Source of the DNA: Octopus vulgaris
Lineage: Eukaryota
Direction of reading: 5' to 3'
DNA: 64,000 nt
Assembly: GCA_951406725.2 (NCBI GenBank)
Contig: OX597825.1
Location: 51,956,001 to 52,020,000, forward strand
This document shows positions 1 to 13,665 of this stretch, piece after piece. The first letter of the stretch is position 1. Each line of letters begins with the position of its first letter. The position numbers and the translations under genes were made by a program. Below the pieces are notes generated by a model. That model saw nothing but the letters and a program-made list of their open reading frames with translations, did no database searches and was not told where the DNA came from.

Positions 1-2519
1 AATATCTCATATTCTATTCTCTGATATTTTATTCCACACTACTTTATAACACTCTCTTTCTCTCTTTTTCTCCCTTTCTCTTTCCTCTCCTTTTCTCTCC
101 CATCTCTCTTTTCCCCTTTTCTTTCTCTCTGTCAATCTATCTCTTTGTAAGCTCTCACCTTTCTTTCTAAGAAATAAACATTCTTCAACCTCTTACGTAG
201 TTTGGTAGTTTCTGCTTGTTCTAGGGTTATTGCATTTTTGAGCCAGGTCAGTCTGATCAAAGCCAATCAAACCATGACCAACCTTGATGCATATACAAAA
301 ATAATGTAACCCAAATTATTTTAATCATTTTATCCATTTTAAGAAAGAAAGATGTGTAATTTGTGGAAGATTTGACTGCTGTTTCTGGTATATCAGGTTA
401 CCATTTAGAGACTTCCATAAAGGTTTGTTCAATTACCCGCAGGAGTAGGTGTTTGTATGACATCACAACAGTATAAATGTTTATCTGTTTAGTTGGAAAT
501 GTGATTGTGGGATTGCTTGCTAATATTTATTTCTTTATTACCCACAGGGGGCTAAACATAGAGGGGACAAACAAGGACAGACAAAGGGATTAAGTCGATT
601 ACATCAACTCCAGTGTGTAACTGATACTTATTTAATTGATCCTGAAAGGATGAAAGGCAAAGTCAACCTCGGTGGAATTTGAACTCAGAATGTAACGACA
701 GACGAAATACTGTTAAGTATATCGCCTGGCATGCTTGGTGTTGCTCTTGATGTCCTCATTGTCCTTCCTGCCCCTCTTCCTCCACCTCCTCCTCCACCAC
801 CACCTCTTCCACCTCTCTTCCTCTCCTCCTCCTCTCCCCCTCATCCCCTCCTCCCCTCCTCCTTTCCTTCTCTCCTCCCCTCCACCACCTCCACTCCTCC
901 TCCTCTACCTCCTGCTGCTACTACTACTACTACTACTGTTCTGATAGTAGTAGTAATAGATATCCTTGTCACTACTATTGCTATACTTACAGACAGTGCT
1001 TGTGGTAATACTAAAGTTGTTAATATTAGTGTTACTATGACTATATTCTGTTCTTACTACTACTATGGTTTACTACTATTATTATGGTTAATGCCGCCAT
1101 TGTTAACACTATTATTGCTATCTCTGTATAATAGTAGTAGATATAAATGTTGGTTGGTTGGTTCGTTGGTTTTTAAAGTCATGCCTTATATCATATAGAG
1201 AGGGATACAGAGAGAGAGAGAGAGAGAGAGGTAGCAAACATAAGAAGGTGCAGCATAAGTGCAAATACTTGCCTTGGTGGCAAGCAATGAGTAAAGAGCA
1301 CTGCACACACACTTGCATGCATGCACGCACAGAGGAAAATAATCATTAACAGAGAAGGAAGAGGAGTAAATGTCAAATAGTTGGTGAGTGAAAGAGAGAA
1401 AGAATGAGGAAGGAAAGCAAACAGCTCCAAACAGTATAATAGAGCATAAATAATATAACAGAAATAACCATTATAAGACAAAGTTGAGGTGATAAAAGGG
1501 AGAGGTGAGAGAGAGTTGGGTGAGAAGATGAGAGGTAAAGGAAAAATATGATGAAAGGAAAAAACAGGTAGAGGGAAGAGAGGAAAAGGATAGATAGAGA
1601 GATAGACAGAAGAGAGAGACAATCATTCATAAACTTATTATGGAAGAGCTTAAAGCATATCATATTAGAAAAGTTGTTTGAAAAACAATGAAAACGGTGT
1701 AATAAAGACAAGAGTCATCAATTGAAAGTGTATTTCAGTTTGAAACATAAAACAATAACAAGTTTTATAGAGATGAATAAGCATAAAAATATCTTCATAT
1801 ATAATGTAAACAAAGAAATGTGTTCATATAAGATAGAAATAAACAGAGATGCATTCTGAAATATTTGTGTGTGTTTGTGTGAGCAACATGTGTATTAATA
1901 TATACTCATTCAAATATATAAACGTATATTCAAATACACATACAACATACATTTGCAAATATATATGTAAACATACATATACATGTAAGCATACATATAC
2001 AAACATTACATACTCACACAGACTTTAATTTTAAGGTAAATATTTTTCTTTTGGAAACTAGTATTCATTTATCATTTGTATAATCACCAAGAAATTCTGT
2101 ATATAAGTTAAATTGCAATTATTGTATGAATGCCATATATTCTGATATTACTCAAGGTGGCAAACGTATATTTCTAAAGGTACCCATCACATGAGAAATA
2201 ACACTCTAGTTGCTATTACTATCATTAGTGTTAAAACTATAATGTTTGCAATCTCTATGTTGTTTATATAAATGGATCAATTATTAATACTATTGCTGCT
2301 GTGAATACTGCTGCTGTTACTCATACTACTGTAATTGTTGATACCATTAACATCGTTAATACTACTGTTGTTGATTTCTTCTTCTCCCAATCATGACTCA
2401 CGCCAGTAGCCACAAAGAATAATCTCTAATTCGAGTCTACTCTAAGCTGCTAAGAATGCGTGTGGCATCGTGAAGATCCACCCACCACACAGTTGCATGG
2501 GCACAAAAGCTATGTTGTT

Positions 2520-2857
2520 ATCCTCATTCCGTTAATGGTGGCTTTTGATGGGTTGGGTGGAGAGCTGAACCATCCTGAGGTACAAAGGATTCACAATCTA
2601 GACTAAGGTCTGAAAGTTTACCACACCATAGTGGGTTACACCATGGTTCCTCTGCTTTGTGGCAGAAGTAGAAAGAAAGAGTGAGAGAAAGTTGTGGTGA
2701 AAGAGTACAGTGGGGTTCACCACCCCTCCCCACTGGAGCCTTATGGAGCTTAGGTATTTTTGCTCGATAAACACTCACAATGCTGGGTCTGGGAATCGAA
2801 ACCACGTTCTTACGACTGGTAGTCCGCTGCCCTAACCACTGGGCCATTGTGCCTCCT
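2520..2857 (-). mobile_element. tRNA-derived SINE
   Basis: A box TGGCCCAGTGG (2836-46) and B box GTTTCGATTCC (2792-2802) at tRNA-like spacing; no complete cloverleaf. Related heads at ~20835 and ~35825 (+). Confidence 0.7.
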
Positions 2858-2868
2858 GTTGCTGTTGT

Positions 2869-4127
2869 TACAAAGGTCAGCCAAAAAGTTCATAGGCTGA
2901 TCAAGATACTCTCATGGGATATGATCAAATGAGGTTTATTTTTCAACTCCTTGCAGTCCACACACACTTATCACTTTGGTGTTGCAGTGCTTGGATCCCA
3001 TTGGTGAAAAAGCTTTCATCCTGTTGGTTACAAAGTCATCAACAGGCCATATTACTTTATCCTCACTGTGATACTGGGAACCAGCCAAGTGTTTTCTCGT
3101 GTTATGTAACATGATTGTCAGACAGGGGCAAGTCAGGAGAATCAGGTGATCAATCAGTTCAAAGCCACAGTCATGCACAACAGTCATTGAAAGCAAGGAC
3201 TTGTAAGCTAGGGTATTATCCTGATGAGACACGACCTCTTTCGTCAGTTTTTCCAGAACGTTTGGTCTTCATAGCTTTTCGTAACTGCCTCAGCAAGTTG
3301 GCATAGTTCTCTCCATTGATGGCATGGCCCCTTTGAAAATTGTCAATAAATATAATGTCTTTTGCACTTCAAAAACCTGAGGCCATCACTTTCCCTATAC
3401 GTGAAACGACCTTGGTCTACTTTGGAGCAGGTGAGGAGGAGTGTTTTCACAGTATGGATTGTTTCTTTGTCCTTGGCTCAAAGTGATGAATCCAATACTC
3501 ATCCTGGATCAGCATATGTTCAAGGAAACCAGCTGAATTGTCCTCAAACAATATCCGATTTTCCCATGATGTGATCAGCCTGGTGCACTGTTGATCAGAT
3601 GCTGGAAGATGTGGCACCCACTAAGCAGACGCATTCATCATGTCAAGAATAATCTGAACTCTCTCACAGAATATGCTAAAAGCACTGACTATTTGGTTTA
3701 CAGTAAATTGTTTGTCATCCATCACTATATGTAGAACAGGATCAATGTTATCCTCATTGGCAGCTGTTGCAGGACATCCAGACCATGGGTCCTTTTCAAC
3801 ACTCTCTCTTTCACTCCTAAATTCTGCTGTCCACTTTTACTTTGTCAATAAAGCAAAAATATCATCCCTAATGTAGCAATCATGTTAGCATGAATATCCT
3901 TGGGAGTTAAACCCTTTTACTGAACACCACAATGCCAAATTTTGTCCATTTTCAAGATAAGTTGCTACCAGTTACTTTTGAATTCTTATTTGAAGATTCA
4001 GATGTCAGTTCGCCTAGAAACAATGCAGTTATAAATAAAAAGATTTGAAATTAAATAATGCGAGATTTCACAGCTCCAGCATCAGTCATTTGAAGTCAGC
4101 TGATGAACTTTTCAGTCCACCCTTATA
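2869..4127 (-). mobile_element. Full-length decayed mariner transposon
   Basis: TA-flanked imperfect TIRs (tacaaaggtcagccaaaaagttcataggctga / gtcagctgatgaacttttcagtccacccttata), ~1.26 kb. Minus-strand fragments HQDN..AYKS, DCGFELIDH and a C-terminal ..VEK; many stops and frameshifts. Confidence 0.85.
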
Positions 4128-4914
4128 ATACTCCAGTTGTTGTTGTTAATACTCTTATTGCTGTTGGCAATAATGCTGTTATTGTTCTTAATACTATTGT
4201 ACTTATGCTTGTTTTTAATAAGACCACTCTTATTACAAATATATTCATATAGCAAACACCAATAATTACTATTGCAGTATGTATTTATTGGGAGTGTAAC
4301 CTAACACATGTCAAAATGCAGGCTTGGGACACTTTGGACTGTTACGTTAACAACAAATCATCTCTCCTATCTAAACATCTCACAAATATTGTTACTGTGG
4401 CATCATTACATTTGCTGTCATTTACTTTGATCAGTAATGGAAGAATCTTTGTTGGTCTATAATTTTCATTTGCTTTTTCTCCCAGATTTAGACTTACTTA
4501 ATCAGGCCAGCTGCATCAAATGCTTTTAAAATTATTAAATCAGACATAGAAAATTAAACTTCTTGGTTTTTAAATTGCAGTGACCAGTTTATTTTGTGAA
4601 TTAAGATGTCCCCTCAAGATCTTATATTCTTATAGTGCTAGGCTGTGATACATGTATCTTCTCTCAAGAGTACATTCAACATTATTGTGACAATGTTTCA
4701 TGTTCCCTTTATGAAATTCTGATTTATTTTAAGATCTTCGATATTTCTTCCATTACTCCATAATCAGCATGAAAATCATAAAATTTAGTTTCTTCTGGGT
4801 TTTCAGAACATTTTAGTCTCTGCAGAGACTCATGATTCTTTCAGGAAAAAAAAAACCAATCAGATATATTATTCAGATATTGTTCATCAACTTATCAGCA
4901 TTTGAGCCACATCT

Positions 4915-5145
4915 AATCCACAAATACTCCTCTGCTCTTCCAAAAGTATTCTCTAGCGATCCACAAATATTCCACAAGTGATCCAAAAATTCTCCACCAT
5001 TAATCCACAAATATTTCGTACATATTCCACAAATGCTTCCTTAAATATCTCATAAATACTTTGTAACTAGTGCACAAATACACCACAACTGATCCACAAA
5101 CACTTCACAAATGATCCCCAAATACTGCACAAGTGAGCCACAAAA
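4915..5145. repeat. Diverged ~21-22-bp minisatellite (core atccacaaata)
   Basis: The core recurs in degenerate form about ten times. Confidence 0.6.
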
Positions 5146-8100
5146 CTACACCTTCTCTGCTGTGGTCAATTTTGCCTTTCATCCATCTGAGATTAATAAA
5201 GTACCAGTCGTGTACTAAATTTGATTTAATCCACTAAACTGTGTGTCTTTGCAAGATATGACATATTTCTGTTAATACTCATCTTCTTTGGGTAGGCACA
5301 GCACTCCATTTCATAAAAACACAATTGTCTTACCTTTTGGTGCCTTTAATCAAGTTAGCTCTCTTGCAAGGCTTGGTGACTTTTGTGGCTTATCCCCAAA
5401 GTGTTTAAATATTTTGAAAACACAGAAGAATATAGTGTCAAAGTCCCTACATCCACCAGTAGAGCCATACATTTGCAAGGAGTTTCTCAGGTAATATAAA
5501 TCTATAGAGCTTTAGGAATGTGAGACATGACCAAATAAACTGACTCCAGTATATATTTGGTATATTATTGTATCAAACCCTGACCAATAAAATATAGAAG
5601 TATGCAGTTGATTCTGGTAAAATTTGAATTCAGAATGAATAACTCAGAAACTAAACAGGAAAAAATTATTTAATCCAGTGCTCTTTTATATTTTCCATTC
5701 TTTGCTTCCTCCTCCATGCCTTATGTAGAAATGAATAAATAACTTGGAAAAAAATACCTTCTATTTAAATTTTTTTTTCAAAATATCAAATTATCCAACA
5801 ATAAATAAATTTAAAATGGAGGCAGTAATTATGATTTGCCAGTGAAACCATTCTTCATTGCATGGAATCAATTTAATTTTCTTCCTAAATGCTACTGTTC
5901 AACCAACCTTCAAGAGGCGTTCCACAAAAAGGGGCCAATCTAACGTAGATTTACCAATAATTCTACATTATTCATGGCAGAAAAAACAATTCAACTCCTA
6001 ATCATGGTTTTTCTGGTAGCTGCAGTTGTTGATGTTGTTTTAGCTGCTGCTGCTGTTGAAGCTAAAGTCATTGTAGTAGCTACAGTGGAAGTTTTAGCTG
6101 CAGTTGTTTCTGTTATAATTGTTGCATCAGAAATTGCTATTCTTGCAGTTTTAGCTGCTGTTGTTATCAGGGCAGTTAAAGTGATTGTACAAGCAGTTGT
6201 TCTTTTAGCTTTTCTTATTGTTGTGACAAATGTTGTTTATGTTGCTGTTATTGTTACTATTGCAATTTTTTATACCTGCAATTGTTGTTGTGGCTGCAGT
6301 TATTAGTGCAGGTGAAGTTATCCTACATGCAGTAGGTGTTATTTCTGTAGTTGTTGTAGCTCTAAATGTTGTTGTTGTATTTGAATTTGTTACACCTACA
6401 GTTGTTGTAGCTGTAGTTGTTATTGTTGTATTTGAAATTATTATAGATGCATTTGTTTTTGTAAATTTTATAATTTTTCTGCTATTGCTGGTGGTAGTGT
6501 TGGGTTTGTTGTGTCATTTGTCACTGTGGCTGTTCTTTTTGTTGCTTTTGTAGTTGGTAAGGATGTCAGTGGTGGTATTTGTGATATTACTCATTTCATT
6601 GCTGTTTTTACAGTTGTTGTTGCTCTAATTACTTTTGGTGTTAATGTCGATGATACAGTTGAAATTATAGTTTCTGCTCTTGCAGCAGCTGTTAGTAATA
6701 GTGTTACTGGTGTTTATACTCCATCTCTCCTTCAGTATTATTATACATTAATCCACATAGTTCTCTTCACAGTTTGCTAAAATGCCAAGAGGAAATTTTA
6801 AAATTATTCTTGACCAAATCATTAAAATTGTAAATCATAAAAACATAATTAACAGACAGTAAATTGAAATGAAATAAAAATAAGAGTTACAGGAAGCCAT
6901 CCATTTGGGTGATAATAAAAGTTAATGAAGCATATTGAAATACATTCGATTCCTAAAGAATTGGATTAAGGATTTTTATGATAGAAATACATGTTATGGA
7001 AGTACCAGAGGATGGGGGAAAAGGGTTAAAATACTTAAAGGCAGAAGACTGTGATGCAAGAATATGGAAGTAAATAGATAGATGGCAGTTTATAGTGAAC
7101 TGTAAGGAAATAATATGAAGGGAAATGGCTGAATAGAGGGGATGTATGAAGTTAGTGAAATAAAGGCAATATTAGGAGGACTAAATATAAGGGAGCTGAT
7201 AAAAGAAAGAAAACAATAAATGAGACTTTTAGATGTGTATAGGGAGATGATTTAAACTAGGTGGCATAAAAATAAAGGAAACTATATTAAAAAGTAAAAT
7301 AAAGGAAGGTAAGATGAAAGAAAAGGAAAGAGACATATAAAGTGAGTGCACATAATTTGAATATCTAGTAGCATTAAAATTTTAAATGAGACGATAAGCA
7401 GGAAATAATGAACTGACCTTTTGGTGGCTGTAATTTTACCATCACATACTTCATGTCACAAGGTTTTACCATCACATACTTCATGTCACAGGTTACGTGG
7501 TGTATTCTATTGCTGTGAAAAATGAAGTATACCACCTTATGAAGTTAATGTTGTGTTTATGATCATGTGGTACATGTCACAAATACTGTATTGTGGCATC
7601 AAGAGTGTTTCGTTAGTTTGCAATGTTGATTTGGAATTTAATCTCCCTGATAGTCTATCATCACATCCAGAAAAGCTGTTCACCCTGCATCTACACAATG
7701 CTACAGATAAATGAGTGATTTGCTCTGGTTTTGTGGCTTTTTGAAGAATTTTCATTTTTATCTGGTTTTATTAACAGTAAAATATCTTTAACATATTAGA
7801 ATAATCTAAGAATGGTTTTGGCACTCACTTCTTCCACATTTCATGAAATCACATCTCACATCTACATGTATTAGTACACCACTAGGTGTATTTTACCTGT
7901 AGGTTTCAGCATTTTATACTAGAATATAAACATTGCAACTGTCTTTTACCATTCAAACACATCTAAGTCAAGATTTTATCTACTAATTACATGGATGATC
8001 AAAATTTTGAAATTTCCCATATGATATGTGAGACACTACCATACATTTTTTTTTACTTTAATACACCAAACACTCTCCTGAACTCCTTTCAATCAGTATT

Positions 8101-10814
8101 ATTGTTGCGTTGAGCACTATTATGAAATAGATAATTCTCAGTAATTGATTACATTTATACTCTAAACATTTATAATGATTGTTTAGCATTTGGCATTCTA
8201 TAAAGTTATGCATACATACAAACATACATATATACATACACATATATACTTACATACATGCATACAAACATACATTCATTCATAAGTAAAAACTGAAAGA
8301 AGTACCTAATAGTACAAACATAGACTGCATTAGTTCATCTTAGTCAATCCAGTGGCCTGTATGTAATAAAGACCCATAATCTCATAGGCATGTGGAATAG
8401 TATGAATTTTTATAGATCTATGTGTGTGTGTGCACACACACACACACACATATATATATCTATATATATATCTATAATTCTATTTAAGAATCTAATATAT
8501 CAATCAGAAGCAGAGTTTTCTAGAGAATCATTTAAAATTGTCATTACAAACCAAAGGAATATATGTTCATTATTTCTAAAATTTCAGTGTAAATGATGTT
8601 AAAAAGTATTCACACCAAAGTGGAACATAAGATAGAGCAGCAGGCTAATGCCAGGATTTGAACTTCATAGGTATCCCTTGCTACAATCAAGATCTAGTGG
8701 ACCAGCTGTTCAATTTAGACTCAAAAGGTGGTTCTTAGAATATTTTATATCAAATAATGTAGCTATTCAGCAATACTATTTGGGGGACTGAGATTGGTGT
8801 TTCTATTTACTGCAACCCCTACCCATTAGTTACAACACAGTGGTTTCAACTACATAGATTTGGATATAGATATATCACATGCTTCAGTATGATTTGGAAT
8901 AGTCAACTTCAACTTTGAGGAGGATGGAACCTCCAGGGTTTCTAAAACTGCAAAACAAGAAAATGGACAGAAAATGAGCAGTAAAATATCAGTGTATCAG
9001 TGAAATGTCAGAGTATATAATATGTAGATGTTTATGTTATTTAATTAGAAAGAACAAATATAATCAATTGTCTTCATGGAAATGTTTGCAAAATCATTTT
9101 AAAACTAAGTATAATTCCTATAATTTAGCTGTAAAATGACAGAAATCAAGTAGAAAACTGTTGTTAAAATGATGTTCTATTTCCTTTCATTGTTTTTTTA
9201 TTTTTTTATTGAAAGTTTTAATAATTAAGCAGTGATTCAAAGTGAAATGTCTTTGATTATTCTACAGAGAATGTCACTGTTGAATATGAAGTACATTGAC
9301 ATTACTTTGATATCATTCTGTTCTTTCATTAGATTCAAACTGGTTACACTGAATTCATTGGAAGAATTATTTTAATGGGTCTTTTCAAAATATCAGCATT
9401 TGACACAAAAGCTACACTGCAAAATGTTTTATTATAAAACAGCCACACTAACAACTACTACAACAACAACCAGAATGGAAAGAAAAGCAACAGCAAAAAC
9501 AGGAAACATAAAAGAACAATATCAGCAAAAATACTGAGAATAATGATAGCAATAACAACAATAACAACAATAACAACAAACACTCTGTGACTGTATTGTT
9601 GTTTGTAAGAAACATGTGGAAGTGAGTGAAAATAATTAAAATACAAATAAAATAACAGCATAAAATTACATAGAATGAGGATGTAAACAAAACGTATACA
9701 AAGTTTTAAAAAAACAACTCTTGGTACTGTTCTCATCAGAAGTTTACAAAAGATTTAGGGAGAAATTCCCTATGGATATAAGGCCATTTAGGAAAATTCC
9801 CAACAACCAAAATTATGAAAAGTTCCCTGAAACACTGCACCTGACAAGAACAGTAGTATAAATAGGCTTCTCTTTTCAAACATGCCTGGTACACTGGATG
9901 AATGATCATGTACTAGATGACCTCAAGTTACTAAATTTAGATGAAACCCTTAGCCCTGAAATAAACCAGAGTTTTAGGGTTGCATGTCCTTGGTATTTTT
10001 AAATCACAGTCAGAACATTGAAAGTTAGAAGGTACAGAAGGAGTTTACTTCTTGTGTAACTTCTAAACTATTTACTAAAGTCAAACCTTTTGTGCTCCTT
10101 CTCATTAGTTTTAAACCTCTTGTAATCTTTCTATATCACATACTAGGCTTTAAATTCCTTTTTTCTCTTTCTAAAGCACCAGATAAAACTGTTATTTTTA
10201 GATTGTAGATCTGAGGTAAGAGTATTGGTAATGTCTTAATTTTGGTGCTCATTTATGTCCCAAGAGCTCCCAGATGAGCAGATTTCTACATGCCCATGGA
10301 AATGTTCTTAGTAACATTCCTCTTTCTAGAGTTAGTGCATGGATGGAATCATATCCTAAATGAAAATTTGGATTGTGTCTGAGTAGAATGCAGAGGGGTT
10401 AGGCTGTGGAAGGCTTTTAGCACTACCGATTTTTTTCTTTCTTAAGTTTCAAATGGATTTCTACAAAATAGTAGTGTGGAATTTTTCAAACCATAGCACG
10501 TGATGTAGATTGTATCTGTATAGTTTTTCATAAATTTAACAGATAGATATAGCATAAGATGTTCACAAATAATTTAGTAACAATTAATGGGGGAATTATA
10601 CACAGCACAACTCAACTTAGAGAGCAGTTAGGATAGACGTTCCAGTAGAATGGAAAAGAGACTAATAAGTAAGTTCTAGAAGGCTTAAAGTAATAACATC
10701 ACATCTGGAAAATGATAAAAAAAAAGAGAATATCTCAAGATGCTTGGTAGTGCAGTGAAAGTGTGTAATAAACATGAGAGAAGTGAACATTTATAATGAT
10801 AAAGATAATAATCA

Positions 10815-11293
10815 TTTCTACTTTAGGCACAAAGCCTGAAACTTTGGTGGATGGGGCTAGTCAATTATATTGACCCCAGTACTTAACTAGTACATATGTT
10901 ATTCTTTTACTTGTTTAGTCGAGCAAATCGACCCCTGGACTTATTTTTGTAAGCCTAGTACTTATTCTATCGGTTTCTTTTACCGAGCCGCTAAGTTACA
11001 GGGATATAAACACACCAGCATCGGTAGTCGAACAATGTTGAGGGGACAAACACAGACACACAAACATATACACACATGTACATATATACAATGGGCATCT
11101 TTCAGTTTCTGTGTACCAAATCCACTCACAAGACTTTGGTCGGCTTGAGGCTATAGCAGAAGACACTTGCTCAAGGTGCCAGATTAAATGCAAAGTCAAC
11201 CTTGGCAGCATATGAACTCAGAACATAAAGACGGACAAAATGCCACAAAGTATTTTGTCCAGTTTGTTAACGATTCTGCCAGATCACCACCTT
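10815..11293 (-). mobile_element. Composite: SINE family B interrupted by a headless family A segment (~10900-11180)
   Basis: Family B tail (ctactttaggcacaaagcctgaaa) and head (ctgccagatcaccacctt) flank a family A body. Confidence 0.7.
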
Positions 11294-11454
11294 AATGATG
11301 ATGATGATGGTGATGGTGATGGTGATGATGATAATGATGATTCGAAGAGAAAGTCCATAAAAAATATATAACAGTAATCGATGTACTAATATTTGTAACT
11401 GAAAGTCTCCAATATAGTTGAGTAATTTATTTCTAAGTTCAGTGAAAATTATAC

Positions 11455-11833
11455 CAGAACAATTCGTTTTATCTATGGAGAGTCATTATGCCAATATTAT
11501 TACCACACACACTAGTCCAATTCCACTCCTTTATTATTAGTCAATTGGTTAAATATCTAACTAATAGAGTGTTTGATTAATTTGGTTAAACAGTGAGTCA
11601 TTTGTTTTGTTTTGCTTCTCAAAGCTCTTTTGTTGCTACTTACAACCTTTCCAATGGCTTTTGATTTCAAATTAAACACAGAATCGATTAGTTAGTTGAA
11701 TATTTAACCAGTTGACTAATAATAAAGGAGTGGATTCGAACCAGTGCATGTGTTAATAAACTTGGCATGATGACTCTCCCTCAATACAACAAAATTTGTT
11801 TTGAAACACAAATTCACATAAAGAATCTTGCAA
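11455..11833. mobile_element. Fold-back (MITE-like) element
   Basis: ggagagtcattatgccaa..ccactcctttattattagtcaattggttaaatat is inverted to atatttaaccagttgactaataataaaggagtgg..ttggcatgatgactctcc. Confidence 0.7.
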
Positions 11834-12031
11834 ACCAAATGCAAAAACGAAATCAATAGTATATTTTCTATTTAGATATAGTAATTATATATTTTCTTGA
11901 AATACTGTTTAATTTTGAGTTAACTAAAAAAAAAAATAAAATAAAAACGTCCTTTGATTCGTTTTGTTTACAAGGGTTGTATTTTAATGAGAAAGCAGTA
12001 TATCTTTCCCAAAAAGCTTTTTAGAGATAAA

Positions 12032-12240
12032 TAATATAAGGTATACCTACAATTTTAGCTGCTCTGCAAAATGTAAACAAGTGCAAACAAATAATTCTAT
12101 CTCCCATTGGCAGAAACATTTGGGATTGTTTAGGACAAAGGCAAATTTTTCTGCCTACATCAAGATTCAGGCATACAAGCATTTGTTTACACTTGTTTAC
12201 ATTCTGTAGTGAGGCAAAAATGGAAATATACCTTATATTA
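12032..12240. repeat. Imperfect palindrome (MITE-like)
   Basis: taatataaggtata..aatgtaaacaagtg.aaacaaat..ggcagaaa / tttctgcc..atttgttt.cacttgtttacatt..tataccttatatta. Confidence 0.7.
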
Positions 12241-12909
12241 AACAATTTTAAATTAATAAACAAGCATACATAATACACACACAAGTCTTAAAACTTTTAG
12301 CAAAAATGAAAAGAGAATTTAATACACACTTTAAGGCATTAATTGTTATGAAGACATGTTTTGAGATGTCACTATAAATTATTTTTGTGTAAGTTCAACC
12401 TCTGCCTTCATGACTGCTTAAATATATAAGGCAAGATAACTATAAGACACTCACAATATTCCTATAAAATTTCTTTAATATGTTATCCATCCTTGACAGT
12501 CTCTACTAAAGTTTTTTGTACTGGATGATTATTTGTCAGCAACATTATTTTCATGCATTCCCACAAACTTTCAAAGGCCATTTCCAAGCAATTTAAGTAT
12601 GGTGAATTTGGCTATATTTTTAGGAATATTTACACAACGTTTATTCTGTGTCATGGAGCACAAAATTTTAGCTTGGGCATCAAGTGTAAGACTTTTGTTT
12701 CAAAGGCTTCCAATATTCTGAACATAGATGGTTATCTTCAAGACTTAATTCCAAAGTGCTCAGAGTTTGAGGTGGTTGACCCTGATCAAAGAAGACTGCT
12801 TTATATTTAATTAACCTGATGGGATTGATTATCTTCTTCAGAAGTGTCCTTGAATAAACTTCACAGGCAGAATTTGGAATAGTCAAGGATATAAATATTC
12901 ATAGCTGTT

Positions 12910-12954
<45 letters not shown>

Positions 12955-13339
12955 ACACACATGCACTCACACATGCACACACACATGCACACACACACAC
13001 ACACACACACAAGCACATATTTTGTGGTTATGTACAGCACAGTATAAAAAAACACAGCTATAAAACACAACCTAGTTAGTGGCCTATTATATTATATTGT
13101 ACATCAAAAGTGGGTATGTAATTTGTCTATGAAGAATTCATGAGTGAGAAGAAAAGAGCACACTCAGTATAAGAAAAACAGAATGGTGGTGGTGGTGGGG
13201 GATTACTAATCCAATATAGTAAAAGGAAGCATTTATGGTCATAATATTATCAGCCACTTTGGATATAATTAGTCTTCTTCATCTGCAAGGATAATCAAAT
13301 AGCAGATATAGTCAGCCAGAAGTGTATACCTAGGTAATA

Positions 13340-13665
13340 GGAGTACTCTGTCGGTTGTGACAATGAGGGTCCTAATTGATATGATCAACAGAACAACTTA
13401 CTTGTGAAATTAACGTGCAAGTAGCTGAGCACTCCACAGACATGTGTACCCCTAACATAGTTCTCAGGGAGATTCAGCATGACATAAAGTGTGACAAGGC
13501 TGGCCCTTTGAAATACAGGTGCAACTCATTTTTGCCAGCTGAGTGGACTGGAGCAATGTGAAATAAAGTGTCTCGCTCAAGGACACAACGCATCGCCAGA
13601 AATTGAAATCACAACCTTACAATTGTGAATCGAATGCTCTAACCACTAAGGCATGTGCCTTCACA
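13340..13665 (-). mobile_element. tRNA-derived SINE, family C
   Basis: Head gtgaaggcacatgccttagtggttagagc, body gtgtccttgagc..ccactcagctggcaaaa..tgaatctccctgagaacta; second copy at ~38590-38915 (+). Confidence 0.75.

Noticed and set aside
731-1198. 155-aa Pro/Thr-rich ORF
   Set aside because: Translation of (CCT)n/(CTA)n low-complexity DNA beginning inside a SINE.
5974-6780. Val/Ala-rich hydrophobic ORFs resembling membrane proteins
   Set aside because: Decayed (GTT/GCT)n trinucleotide low-complexity sequence with shifting frames and no splice or domain support.
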